Under the pieces are notes generated by a model. It saw nothing but the letters and a program-made list of their open reading frames with translations. It ran no database searches and was not told the origin of the DNA. The position numbers and the translations under genes are program-made. DNA of 64,000 nt from an uncultured delta proteobacterium (GTDB lineage: Bacteria; Desulfobacterota; Binatia; UBA9968), in NCBI GenBank assembly GCA_963755715.1, contig CAVWLW010000063.1, forward strand, positions 38,914 through 102,913, given 5' to 3'. Positions 20,614-31,663 of the stretch are shown piece after piece; positions within the stretch are counted from its first letter, which is position 1, and each line of letters starts with the position of its first letter.

Positions 20614-21745
20614 ATGGAATTTAAACACGGTCTGATCAGCGCGGACGATCATGTGCAGGAACATCCTGAGGTTTGGACTGCGCGCCTGTCGCGGGAAAAA
20701 TGGCGCGACAGGATTCCCCACGTGGCGCGCATGGCCGATGGCAGCGACGCTTGGATCGTCGACGGTCAACGCCTGTCCTTGCCTGGCGTCGCGATAGCCG
20801 GCGCGGCTATGGCAGATCGCGGCCAGGAGGTGAGGTGCTGGGACGATGTGCCGCCGATGGTATTTAGCGCGCGCGAACGATTGAAAGCGATGGACGTGGA
20901 CGGCGTCGACTGCGCGATACTGTATCCCAGCGTAAGCGGTTTGGCGGCGGAAACTTTCGGCAAGCTCGACGATTCGGATTTGGAGCTCGCTTGCGTGCAG
21001 GCTTACAACGATTGGTTGATCGACGAGTGGGCCGACGTCAGCCCGCGGTTCGTGCCGCAATGCATCGTGCCGATCTGGCCGATGGAGCGGACGGTGGCGG
21101 AGATCGAGCGCGCCGTTGCCAAGGGTCATAAGGGTGTCATCTATCCGGCGTCGCCGATGGAGCTTCGCGCCGTGCCGCATATCAACGAGCCGGCTTACGA
21201 TCCGCTCTGGGCCACTTGCCAAGAGCTCGGCGTGCCGCTTTGCTTCCACGCGGGCGGGTCGCCCAAGATTCAGATGCGGCCGGGCGATGCATTCTCACCG
21301 GCGGTGGCCGCGGCATTCAGCGGTGTGGTGCGCTCGGTGAGCTCGATTGCGGTGGTGGCGAATTTTCTGCTTTCGCGCATCCTCGACCGCTTTCCCAAGC
21401 TGAAAATCGTGTTCGCCGAAAGTTCGCTCGGCTGGGGCGCCTACGAAATCGAGTATGCGGACTATCAGTCGGAGGCCGACGGTTTGCCGTCGGAAGGCTA
21501 TACTTCGAAGCCGTCGGAACTGTTCCAGCGCCAATGTTATTTTACTTGCTGGTACGATCACATGAGTCTTCGGGTGCGGCGCTATCTCGGCAGCGCAAAT
21601 ATTTTGTGGTCGAGCCATTTTCCGCTGGCGACCTCGAGTTGGCCCAATACCAAGCAGCGCGACTGAGCGGAGTTTTGCCGAGGTGCCGGATCAGGAGAAG
21701 CGGCAAATTCAATGGGAAAACGCCGCGAAGCTGTATTCGCTTTGA
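20614..21745 (+). CDS. Amidohydrolase_2 family protein (frameshift ~21660)
   Basis: ISADDH, DGVDCAILYP, AYND, CFH, FAES, ILWSSHFP; ENAAKLYSL in a shifted frame. Confidence 0.85.
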
Positions 21746-21777
21746 GCAAATCGAATCAACGAGCAGGAGGTAAAAAC

Positions 21778-22131
21778 ATGAGACCTAAAGTTCGACATGT
21801 GGCCGTGATGACGAAAAATCGCGAGAAGATGGTGGAGTTCTATCAGAAAATATTCGGCCTGGAGCCGAAACGCGGATTCGGCGGGGCGATTTATATGTCC
21901 GACGGCGACGTCAACATCGCGCTCATCGAAGCCAAACGCGACGACCAAAAAGAGGGCATCAACCATTTCGGCTTCGAGGTCGACGATCTCGACGACATCA
22001 AGCGACGATTGAAGGAAGCAGGATTTAACGCCGAGATCGATTCGAAGTCGGATAAAGACTCGGACCATCGAATCCAGGATCCCGATGGCCATTGGGTCGA
22101 TATGGCGGTCGATCGCCGCTGGCCGAAATAA
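21778..22131 (+). CDS. VOC/glyoxalase family protein
   Basis: VRHVAVM, GINHFGFEV, QDPDGHWVD; AGGAGG RBS; paralog of 11663. Confidence 0.9.
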   Translation: MRPKVRHVAVMTKNREKMVEFYQKIFGLEPKRGFGGAIYMSDGDVNIALIEAKRDDQKEGINHFGFEVDDLDDIKRRLKEAGFNAEIDSKSDKDSDHRIQDPDGHWVDMAVDRRWPK

Positions 22132-22174
22132 ATTTCAATTAAAAGTAAGTGCAAGCGATTACGAGGAAGGTTCG

Positions 22175-23194
22175 ATGAGTTTGGTTCGGCGAAAGCTTTG
22201 CCTCGCTTGGTGTATCGTCGCTTCATTCGCGATTTCCGCGTATGCGCAAGACGGGTCGGACCCGAAAGTAGTCCAGGCGGCGCGCAAGGAAGGCGAGATC
22301 GTTTGGTACACGACGATGAGCTCGGATCAGAGCAACGCTTTCATGGCGCGTTTCCAACAGAAATATTCCTTCCTGAAGCCCTCCGTCATTCGTTTAGGCG
22401 GGAGCGCGTTGCTGAATCGAGTTCTAACCGAGGCAAAAGCCGGGAAAAACTTTTTTGACGTCGTGCACGGCACCGGCGAGATCGTTTTGCCGCTCATGGA
22501 TATGGGACTATTGGCGCCTTACATGTCGCCCGAGCGCAAAATGGTTGCCGATGACTTGAAAGATAGAAAGGGCTTCTGGACATCGGTTTACGTCAACTCG
22601 GTGGTGCTCGGCTACAATACCAATCTGCTCAAAGGACAAGTCGTGCCGCGCAGTTACAACGATCTTTTACAGCCGAGATGGAAAGGGCGAAAAATTTCCG
22701 TCGACGATACGTACGCGACCTTTCTGCAAGGGCTGATTGCCGTTTGGGGCAAAGACAAAGCGCTCGATTATCTGAAAAAATTGGCGGAACAAGAGCCGGT
22801 GGTCATGCGCGGCAGCACCGTGCGCGTTCAGTTGGCCGCCGCCGGCGAATTTCCCCTGGTGATCGCCTATGCCAACATCATTCAATACCTCGCCGAGAAA
22901 GGGGCGCCGATTGATTGGGTGCCTCTTGAGCCCGCGGTGATCTCGGTCAACACCGTGATGGCGGGAGCCAAGGCGAGCCATCCGAACGCGGCGAAGCTGT
23001 TTATCGATTTTACACTTTCGAAAGAAGGCCAGGAAAAACTTTGGGATTTCCAACGGATCCCATCGCGGAGCGACGTCGAACCCAAACCGGCAAGACTGTT
23101 TCGCGGCTACAAGCGTTACGTGGTGCACCCCGAGGAAATGCAAAATCTCGACGAGACGGCCAAGCTCTACTCGCAGATTCTCAAAACGCGCTAG
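22175..23194 (+). CDS. Fe3+/AfuA-like extracellular solute-binding protein
   Basis: Signal peptide, AARKEGEIVWY, PRSYNDLLQPRWKG, HPNAAKLFIDF. Confidence 0.9.
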   Translation: MSLVRRKLCLAWCIVASFAISAYAQDGSDPKVVQAARKEGEIVWYTTMSSDQSNAFMARFQQKYSFLKPSVIRLGGSALLNRVLTEAKAGKNFFDVVHGTGEIVLPLMDMGLLAPYMSPERKMVADDLKDRKGFWTSVYVNSVVLGYNTNLLKGQVVPRSYNDLLQPRWKGRKISVDDTYATFLQGLIAVWGKDKALDYLKKLAEQEPVVMRGSTVRVQLAAAGEFPLVIAYANIIQYLAEKGAPIDWVPLEPAVISVNTVMAGAKASHPNAAKLFIDFTLSKEGQEKLWDFQRIPSRSDVEPKPARLFRGYKRYVVHPEEMQNLDETAKLYSQILKTR

Positions 23195-23241
23195 GCGGCG
23201 CCAGTCATCGAAGGCGCGCCGCGCATTCACGGCAGGAATCT

Positions 23242-24817
23242 ATGGCAAAAGAATTTTCCACGATCGCGAAAAACGGCATGGTCGCCTCGAGCCAGCCGCT
23301 GGCGACGTTGGCGGGCGTGCAGATTCTCATGAGCGGCGGTAACGCCATCGACGCGGCGATCGCAACCGCAGCTGTGTTGGGGGTCGTGGAAGCTTCATCC
23401 ATCGGCATCGGCAGTGATGCGTTTTGCCTTTTTTATTCGGCCAAAGAAAAGAAGATTAGGGCGCTGGACGCCAGTGGCCGATCGCCTTACGCGGCGAGCC
23501 TCGACTTCTGCCGCAAGAGCGCTTTCAAAGAAATGCCGCAGCGCGGCATTCACTCCGTCACCGTTCCCGGCGCCGTCCATGGTTGGGCGACCCTGCTGAA
23601 TTCCTACGGGAAGAAAAAGCTGGGGGATGTGTTGCAAGCAGCGATCCGTCACGCGGAAGAAGGCTTCCCGGTGGCGGAGTTGACGGCGGAACAGTGGAAA
23701 GAGTCTGAAGCGAGACTGAAAGCGGATGAAGGTGCGGCGATCAATTATCTCATCGATGGTCGCACACCCAAGGCCGGCGAGGTTTTCCGAAACCCCCGAA
23801 TGGCGGCAACGCTGAAGCAGATTGCCGCGGAAGGCGCCGATTATTTTTACAAAGGCGAAATCGCAAAAAAGATTGTGCGCTGCTCCGAAAAGCTCGGCGG
23901 ACTTTTTGCGGTCAAAGATTTTGCCGATCATTGTTCGGATTGGGTGGAGCCCATCACCGCCAATTATCGTGGCTTTGATATTTACGAGATGCCGCCGACC
24001 ACGCAGGGTTTCGTGGCGTTGGAGATGCTGAAGATTCTCGAAGGCTTTGATCTGAAGAACGCGGGACCGCAGAGCGCCGATGCGCTGCATTGGATGATCG
24101 AGGCGAAGAAACTCGCGTTCGCCGACCGCGACCGGCACTTGGCCGACCGCGATTTCATGAAAGTGCCGGTGCGAGATCTTTACGCGACAAAGCGTGTGGA
24201 AAAGATGCGGTCGCAAATTCGCCTGGATCGAGGCTGCGAGTGAATACGAGAACGTGCCCACCGGAACGGATACCGAATACGTCGCAGCCGCCGACAGCGA
24301 AGGCAATCTGGTTTCTTTCATTCAAAGCAACTTCATGGGCTTCGGCTCGGGCGTGGTCGAGCCCGAGACCGGAATCATTTTGCAGAACCGCGGCCATCTC
24401 TTTTCGTTGGATGAAAATCATCCCAACTGCATCGGGCCGCACAAGCGCTGCGTGCATACGTTGATGCCAGGGCTGATTTTCAAAAATGGCAAACCTTATG
24501 CCGCGCTCGGGTTGAAAGGCGGCCACGTGCAGCCGCAAGTGCAGGTGCAGATCATTTCGAATCTCATCGATTTCGGCATGACGCCGCAGGAGGCGATCTC
24601 GGCGCCGCGGTTTAATCATATCGAAGGAGCAAAAGTCGGATTGGAGCCGGATATCGCTCAATCGGTCAAAGACGAACTAACCCGCCGCGGCCACCAAGTC
24701 GTTGGCGGCAATCCGGAAAGCTTCGGCGGCGCGCACGCGATCATGATTCACCCCGAATCAGGAGCCTTCGTCGGCGGCTCCGACCCGCGCAAAGGCGGCT
24801 GCGCGCTGGGATTCTAA
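23242..24817 (+). CDS. ggt: Gamma-glutamyltransferase (frameshift ~24220)
   Basis: GMVASSQPLA, GGNAIDAAIA, SVTVPGAV, D-T-EY nucleophile, QNRG, GSDPRKGG; no signal peptide. Confidence 0.9.
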
Positions 24818-24825
24818 GATTCAGT

Positions 24826-24918
24826 CCCGGATTCCGCAGCGCTGCATCCGGGCTACAGAGTTCAGGACGCAGTTCGAAGGGCTAGTCGTAGCCCGGATGA
24901 AGTGAAACGAAATCCGGG
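24826..24918. repeat. Two inverted GTAG-type REP copies upstream of RAYT
   Basis: CCCGGATT..CATCCGGGCTAC (24826-24856) and GTAGCCCGGATG..AATCCGGG (24888-24918). Confidence 0.85.
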
Positions 24919-24962
24919 GTCTTTGAGTTGGACAAGATGAGTCTTCCGTCGTACAACTCCTC

Positions 24963-25490
24963 ATGGTTTTCTACCGCCGCAATTTCGTTGCGGGTGGAAC
25001 TTACTTTTTCACGGCAGCGCTGACTGACCGCAAGTGCGATTGGCTCGTGAGGCATGTCGATTTACTCCGCGTGGCTTTTCGTCACGCGCGGCGTGAACGA
25101 CCCTTCACGATAGATGCGATCGTTGTCTTGCCCGAACATTTGCATTGTGTCTGGACTCTGCCGCCGGGCGACGCGGATTATTCGCACCGCTGGCGTTTGA
25201 TCAAAGCGCGATTTTCGAAAGACCTACTGCTGGCGGGCGCTCCGATCCATCAAAGTGCCAAGGGAGAATACAACGTATGGCAACGGCGGTTTTGGGAACA
25301 TACGGTGCGCGATGAAGCTGATTTGCTTGCGCACGTGGATTACATCCATTACAACCCGGTCAAGCATGGTCTCGTCACACGTGTCGGCGACTGGCCATAT
25401 TCTTCTTTTCATCGGTTTGTTCGGATGGGTTGGCTGAGTGCCGATTGGGCCGATGATCCGAATTTATCCGAAGGTATGACGGGAGAGTGA
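24963..25490 (+). mobile_element. rayT: REP-associated tyrosine transposase (RAYT, Y1 HUH)
   Basis: GGTYFFT, VLPEHLH, WQRRFWEH, YIHYNPVKHG, DWPYSSF; flanked by REPs. Confidence 0.92.
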
Positions 25491-25499
25491 TTTCGGAGT

Positions 25500-25530
25500 C
25501 CCGGATTTCGCTGTGCTCCATCCGGGCTAC
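25500..25530 (-). repeat. GTAG-type REP downstream of RAYT
   Basis: CCCGGATTTCGCTGTGCTCCATCCGGGCTAC. Confidence 0.85.
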
Positions 25531-25677
25531 GATAGAGAAATTCACGAATCTCAAATATCAGTGTGCAGTTACCATCCGGAATATAGTCCACACATCGGTT
25601 CTTCGGCTCACTGGCAGTTCCCGCTACCGAAAATCAAATATCACCATTGACGATATTTTCGTTAAGGAGATTCGGTC

Positions 25678-27276
25678 ATGGGTTATTTCAAGGATTTGCG
25701 AGAGCATATCGCGGCGCTGGATCAGGCGGGTTTGCTGGTCAAGATCGACGAGCAGATCAACAAAGACACGGAGCTGATGCCGCTGGTGCGCTGGCAGTTT
25801 CGCGGGCTTTCGGAAGAAGAGCGCCGCGCATTCATGTTTACCAATGTGGTCGATGCAAAGGGACGCAAGTACGACATTCCCGTCGTGGTCGGCACATTGG
25901 CGGCGTCGCGCCAAATTTACGGCTTTGGTCTCCAATGCAAACCCGAAGAGATCGTCGATCGCTGGAATAAGGCGCAGAGTAATCCGATTCCGCCGAAAAT
26001 CGTCGATCATGCGCCGGTGCATGAAGTCGTTTACACGGGATCGAATCGCTAATGGAGAAAGGCGGTCTCGGAGAATTTCCGATTCCGATCTCAACTCCTG
26101 GCTACGATTGCGCGCCGTTTACCACGGCGTCGCACTGGTTCACGCAAGGATCCCGAGACCGGCAACATCAATATCGGCAACTACCGCGGCCATATCAAAA
26201 GCCCGACGCGGACCGGAGTTTTTCTGAGCTCGAGCAATCATGGCGGCTATCACTGGCGCAAGTGCCAAGAACGCGGCATCCCGCTGCAAGCCGCGCTGGT
26301 GATCGGCGCGCCGCCCTGCGTCGCCTACACCGCGCCGTCGCGGATTCCTTTTAACGTGAGCGAGCTCGACGTCGCCGGCGGGCTCGCCGGCGCGCCGATC
26401 GAGGTCGTCAAGTGCAGAACCAACGACGTGCTGGTGCCCGCCAACGCGGAGATCGTGATCGAGGGCGAAATCTCGACCGAGTTTTTGGAACCCGAAGCGC
26501 CGTTCGGCGAATCCACCGGCTATATCGCCGAGCGCTTGCTCAATCCATTCTTCGAAGTGAAATGCATCACCCATCGTAAGAATCCAATCCTGGCGACGAT
26601 CATCAGCCAGATGCCGCCGAGCGAGTCGAGCGTGATGCGTCAGGTATCAGCCGAAGGAAACTATCTGCGTTTCCTGCGCGATCAGTGCAACATTCCGGGC
26701 ATCATCGAAGTGGCTTTTCATAGCATCGCGGTGCGCCAGATCTGTGTCATCAAAATGAAAAAGCTCAACCAGGCGCATGTCTGGCAGGCGCTGCACAGCA
26801 TGGTCGGCTACAATCCCGCCACCGGCAAGATGGTCATCGCCGTCGACGAAGACATCGATCCGCGCAATTTAGACTCGCTCTTTTGGGCCATGGCGTTTCG
26901 CATGCAGCCGCACCGCGACGTGCTGATCATTCGCAATCGCACGCCGCAGATGGACCCGTCGGTATTCCCGCCGGGACAGGAGGCGGGAAACTCTCTCGAC
27001 GAAATTGCCGGAAGCTCGGCGATGTTGATCGACGCCACGCGCAAATGGGATTATCCGCCGGTGTCGCTGCCAAAAAGAGAATATATGGAACGCGCGAAAC
27101 AACTTTGGGAGCGCTTGGAACTGCCGAAATTGAAGCCGCAGGAGCCGTGGTTTGGTTACAATCTGGGATTATGGTCGGAAGAAGACGAAGCGGAAGCGGC
27201 GCTCGCGGTGCAAGGCGAACATTACCAGACCGGTGAAAAGCGCTTGCAACAACGGGTGCGCGTGAAAAAACTTTAG
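25678..27276 (+). CDS. UbiD-family (prFMN) decarboxylase, frameshifted ~26050-26150
   Basis: YFKDLREHI, DPETGNINIGNYR, EIVIEGEI, EAPFGESTGY, VDEDIDP, MLIDATRK. Confidence 0.9.
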
Positions 27277-27325
27277 CTGCAGAAACGGCCGCAACGGCCC
27301 CGACGTTATTGTCGGCCGGCCGGAT

Positions 27326-28300
27326 TTATTTACCGCCCAATTCCTTCAACGCTTCTTCCACTAACGATGCGTCGACGACCATTTTGGGTGTGACAGTGGT
27401 TGGAATCAGCTTCTGGTCCTTTTCGATCTGGAGCAGGATGTCGACGCCGTCGAGCGGCACGCGGCCGTCGCGGCTGAAAGCGTCGACAACGACATCGTAG
27501 GATTCCTGCGCCGTCTTGTCGTCCATGCTAAAACGTTTGCGGATCACCTCGACCGTTCCTGCGGGATTGTCGCGCAGGTAGCGCAGCGCTTCGATTTCCG
27601 CCTTCAGCAATTTTTTGATCTGCGCGCGGTTGCTTTTGATTCGGTCGAGCGTGGTGCCGAGACCGGAAAACGGGATCGTTACGTATTGGGCAGTATTGGC
27701 CAGGATGGGGAAGCCTTCCCGCTTGAGCTGAATCGAATAAGGCGGCGCCAGGACGACGGCGTCGGTGCGGCCGATTTTAAACGCGTCGTATATCAGCTTC
27801 TCGTCGCCAATGGCGATCAGCTTCACATCTTTTTCGGGGTCCAGACCGAACTCCTTCAAGGTCAACCGAGTGCTGATATGATTCGTCCCGCCGATGGACG
27901 CGATGCCGATGGTTGCGCCTTTGAGATCCTTCACGCTTTTGAACTTGTTTTGCGCGATAACGCTGAAAAACGGCGACTTGATGCTGGTGGAGATGGCCCG
28001 GATCGGCAGCCCGCGGGCAGCGGAACGGATCGCGGAGCCGATCAGTTCGATATAGTCGATGTCGCCGCTCAGCAGCGCGGCGACGGCGATGTTGGGGCGC
28101 ATCTGAATAAGCTCGACCTCGGCGCCCTGCTTCAGATAAAAGCCGCGATCTTTGGCGATAAACGGCACGAGAAAGGCCATCGAGCTTGTCGCCACGGCGA
28201 CCCGCGCTTTTTCCGGCTTCTCCTGCGCCGGCGCGGGCAAAGCCAAGATGCCGATCATCAGCAGAGACCACGCGCCAAAACGCCAAGCGAGTTTTTTCAT
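27326..28300 (-). CDS. NMT1/THI5-like ABC substrate-binding protein
   Basis: Signal peptide, IAKDRGFY, DLKGATIGIASIG, GLDPEKDV. Confidence 0.9.
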   Translation of the reverse strand: MKKLAWRFGAWSLLMIGILALPAPAQEKPEKARVAVATSSMAFLVPFIAKDRGFYLKQGAEVELIQMRPNIAVAALLSGDIDYIELIGSAIRSAARGLPIRAISTSIKSPFFSVIAQNKFKSVKDLKGATIGIASIGGTNHISTRLTLKEFGLDPEKDVKLIAIGDEKLIYDAFKIGRTDAVVLAPPYSIQLKREGFPILANTAQYVTIPFSGLGTTLDRIKSNRAQIKKLLKAEIEALRYLRDNPAGTVEVIRKRFSMDDKTAQESYDVVVDAFSRDGRVPLDGVDILLQIEKDQKLIPTTVTPKMVVDASLVEEALKELGGK

Positions 28301-28446
28301 GCCTGTTCCGCGTCCTTCTTCGTTGAATCACGATTGGCGGCAATTGTATGTATTGGCGGCCGTTAGTCAATCGGTTTTCTTGTGCGGCGCGTCTTTGGCC
28401 GATGAACGTTTTTGCTAGGGTGAGCCAAGCCCACTGGAGGAACGTC

Positions 28447-28620
28447 ATGAAGATCGATGCCGCTTTGCTCGTTCACGATTTGAATCAAATGCCCGCCGTG
28501 GCGCGCTTTGCCGACGATGCCGGATTCGACGGCATCTGGACATTCGAAACCTCGCATGAATTTCTGCCGCTGGTGCTTCGCGCCGAACACATTACTGCAT
28601 GAGTTTGGGGACGAGTATCA
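28447..28620 (+). pseudogene. N-terminal fragment of an LLM-class (F420/flavin) oxidoreductase
   Basis: GGAGG RBS, ARFADDAGFDGIWTFETSH, then SLGTSI in a shifted frame; homology ends after about 60 codons. Confidence 0.65.
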
Positions 28621-28956
28621 GCTCGTCGCGTTCAGAAATCAAGGAATGTGATACGCCGCCGTCAGCGCAGGTATCTGATCGAAGGTTCGGCGATGCTGGC
28701 GAATCCCGACTCAATGTTGGCAGAGCTTTCCTGATCGCCGAATGCTTCCCTGGCGTAAGCTCTGATCGCTCGCCGCATCACCTTTGCGCGCAGTGCCGAC
28801 CTGCGGGTTTTTCAGCTGAATTGCCCAATCCGGCTGCGGAAGATCGATCTGTGCCTCTGGCTGCAGAAGCAGCGCTGGCGCAACTGGTTCAAGAAGTACG
28901 CGACGCGTTTCAAGAAGAGAGTTTTTTGTTCAAAGAAGCATAGCAGGCATTCACTT

Positions 28957-29847
28957 CTACGCGATCCCCATCAGCCGCGCCGGATTGATCGACGCGACTT
29001 GATTGACTTCACCTCTGCTTAATCCGCCTTCGTGCAACATTCCCAAGTACATGCGGAAAAGTTCCGCCGGGTTGGGGCTATAGGGACGGAAGTAGTCGGT
29101 GCTGGCGATGAATTGCCGCAAGCCGACTTCGCGGAATTGCTTGACGAGGTCGGGCGAGTCCATTCTGCCGGGCGCAAGCGCATTCCAACAAGCTTCGAGG
29201 AACGCGCCCATTTCAGCCGCGCGCTTCATCGCGTCCACGGGCATGCCGATGATGTGGCTCTGCACGTGGTTCACGACGATTCTATGGCTGTAACCGAGGT
29301 CGCGCGCCGCTTCGATGAAAGCCAAAGACTCTTGCCACGAGACATGGCCCATCCCCAAGGTTAGATCGTGTGCCTTACAGGCCTCGATGATTTCATAACC
29401 GCGCGGGACGAGTTTTCCGCTGTCGTCGAGAAAATAATAATTCGGGTTCTCTAATTTAGCGTGGCTCTTGTAGTACGATTTGATTCGGCTGCTGAAGCCT
29501 TTGCGCTCGACGTCGTTGCGCGCGCTCCAGGTCGGCAGAAAAACCATCTTGCCGCCAAGCTCGGCGCAGGCTTCAATGACGCAAGGATTCGGCCCGCCGG
29601 CGGTGCTGTTGAGCGCGACACTCGACCACAGCTCGACCTTGGTTTCGACGGAAGCGAGAATGTAGGGAACTACATTGATCGTCGGCCACCAATGCGATTT
29701 CAGCACGACGCCGCGCACGCCCATCGCCTCGGCTTTAGGCAGCCAGAGGAACTCCGGCTCGCGCTTGCGCTCTTTGGCGGAAAATTCGAAATCGATATGG
29801 CAGTGGACGTCGATGACGCCTGCCATCATGTCGTCATACAAAGTCAT
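28957..29847 (-). CDS. Metal-dependent TIM-barrel hydrolase-like protein (DUF6282-like)
   Basis: VIDVHCH, GVVLKSH, MVFLPT, LGMGH, VVNH, ASTD, NPARLMG. Confidence 0.75.
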   Translation of the reverse strand: MTLYDDMMAGVIDVHCHIDFEFSAKERKREPEFLWLPKAEAMGVRGVVLKSHWWPTINVVPYILASVETKVELWSSVALNSTAGGPNPCVIEACAELGGKMVFLPTWSARNDVERKGFSSRIKSYYKSHAKLENPNYYFLDDSGKLVPRGYEIIEACKAHDLTLGMGHVSWQESLAFIEAARDLGYSHRIVVNHVQSHIIGMPVDAMKRAAEMGAFLEACWNALAPGRMDSPDLVKQFREVGLRQFIASTDYFRPYSPNPAELFRMYLGMLHEGGLSRGEVNQVASINPARLMGIA

Positions 29848-29937
29848 GAGTATTCCTTCGGTGAATTCGGCTTGTAAGAATTAACCACAAAGAGCCCAAC
29901 GCGACAAAGCTACAACCAAAGCAGGGAACCGGAGTTT

Positions 29938-30023
29938 ACCACGAAGGTCACGAAGAGCACGAAGTTGGAAAGTTTTAAAATATCAAGATCCTAACCCTTC
30001 GTGGTCTTCGTGTGCTTCGTGGT
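29938..30023. repeat. Inverted repeat with 9-bp-period CACGAAG units
   Basis: ACCACGAAGGTCACGAAGAGCACGAAG ... CTTCGTGGTCTTCGTGTGCTTCGTGGT. Confidence 0.8.
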
Positions 30024-30198
30024 GACATGGTATTTACTCATTATTCAGCAACTTAGCAGCAGTGCCTCAGAGAATTTACACTCGCCGCGAAAACTTTCAA
30101 GCATAGTAGTACAAAGGTCACAAACATCGAGTAGTCGTGACCGCCCGCTTAAGATCGAGTAATCGGATCACGAGCACGAGACACGAACACGATTTGCG

Positions 30199-31557
30199 CT
30201 ATGCAGCCGGGCGGGCACCGCCGCAGCAACGCTTATATTTCTTGCCGCTGCCACAGGGGCAGGGATCGTTGCGGCCGGCCTGTCGCACCGACGACTTCGC
30301 GTCAGCGGCGCGGACGATCTCCATCAGCTTTTCACCAGGCTCGCCGGCTTCCACCAACTCGGCGAATTTTTGGAAGTAGGGTTTGCTGTGGGTGAAGAAG
30401 CCTTTCAATCCGGCGCATAGATAATTGAGACCTTCTTCGCCGTCCGGCGTTTTGATGATGCGGTCTTTGGGACAGCCGCCGTTGCACATGCTGAGCACTT
30501 CGCACTCGCGGCAGTACTTCGGCAGGCTGGTCCATTTCTTCTGGCCGAATTCGCGCTGCTTCGGATCCTCGACCATCTCGGCGAGCGGGCGGTCGTGGAT
30601 GTTGCCGATTTTATATTCCGGCAAAACATAGTGGTCGCACGAATAAAAGTCTCCATTGTGCTCGACCACGGGCACGTCGCCGCAGGTTTCGCGGTAAATG
30701 CACAGCGCGTGCTCCATGCCGAGAAACGGCCGCACGGATTCGTCGAAGAGCTGAATGAAAATCTTGCCGATATCGTGGCGCATCCATTCGTCGAAGATCG
30801 TGTTGAGGAATTTGCCATAGGCCGCCGCCGGCACCGAGCGCTTATGCACCGGACTATTCGGATCGCCGGTTTTCTCGACCAGCGGCAAAAACTGTAAGTA
30901 CTGCCCGCCGATCTCTTTGAAGTAACGGTAGACCTGGGTCGGATATTTTACGTTGACATCATGGACGACGCAGAGCAGATCGACGTGCACCTTGGCCTTG
31001 CGCAGCATCTGGAACGCCTGCACAACTTGTTTGTGCGTCGGCTTTTGTCCTTTGGTGACGCGGTAGTGATCGTGCAACTCTCTCGGCCCGTCGAGACTGA
31101 GGCCGATGTAAAAATTCTCCTTGGCGAGGAACTCGCACCACTCGTCATCGATCGTCGTGCCGTTGGTTTGAATGCCATTGATGACTTTCTTGTCCGGCGG
31201 CAGGTGCTTTTTCTGAAATTCGACGGCTTTGCGGAAAAACTCCACGCCGAGCAGCGTCGGCTCGCCGCCGTGCCATGAAAAACTGACGATCTGGCCCGGC
31301 GTTGCCTGGATATGTTGTTGGATGTAGCGCTCGAGAGTCTCGTCGTTGAGACGAAAATTGGAGCCCTTCGGATAGAGATCCTCTTTCTCCAAGTAATAGC
31401 AATAATGACAATCGAGGTTACAGATCGCCCCGATCGTTTTCACCATGATTTGAAATTCGCGCGCCGCGGTTTCCAAGCGATTTTCCTCCAATGTCGGAAC
31501 AATGCCGGCCGTAGTCCTGAACTGGACTCTACTCAAAAAAGGCATGGATGTCACCAC
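30199..31557 (-). CDS. Anaerobic sulfatase-maturase-like radical SAM/SPASM protein with C-terminal SEC-C motif
   Basis: CNLDCHYC, WHGGEPTL, QTNG, YSCDH, CRECEVLSMCNGGCPK, GRNDPCPCGSGKKYKRCC; the true start may be further in. Confidence 0.9.
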   Translation of the reverse strand: MVTSMPFLSRVQFRTTAGIVPTLEENRLETAAREFQIMVKTIGAICNLDCHYCYYLEKEDLYPKGSNFRLNDETLERYIQQHIQATPGQIVSFSWHGGEPTLLGVEFFRKAVEFQKKHLPPDKKVINGIQTNGTTIDDEWCEFLAKENFYIGLSLDGPRELHDHYRVTKGQKPTHKQVVQAFQMLRKAKVHVDLLCVVHDVNVKYPTQVYRYFKEIGGQYLQFLPLVEKTGDPNSPVHKRSVPAAAYGKFLNTIFDEWMRHDIGKIFIQLFDESVRPFLGMEHALCIYRETCGDVPVVEHNGDFYSCDHYVLPEYKIGNIHDRPLAEMVEDPKQREFGQKKWTSLPKYCRECEVLSMCNGGCPKDRIIKTPDGEEGLNYLCAGLKGFFTHSKPYFQKFAELVEAGEPGEKLMEIVRAADAKSSVRQAGRNDPCPCGSGKKYKRCCGGARPAA

Positions 31558-31663
31558 CCGGTGTGCCGAGGAGCCGGGGCGTATCGGACGATGAGAATCG
31601 AGTCAGGTGAGCTTGACAGACGGTCGGCAAGTCGTGAGAATTGTCAATTTTAACGGTACTCCA

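Noticed and set aside
29938-30023. CRISPR array
   Set aside because: Short 9-bp-period units in inverted arms, with no unique spacers and no cas genes.
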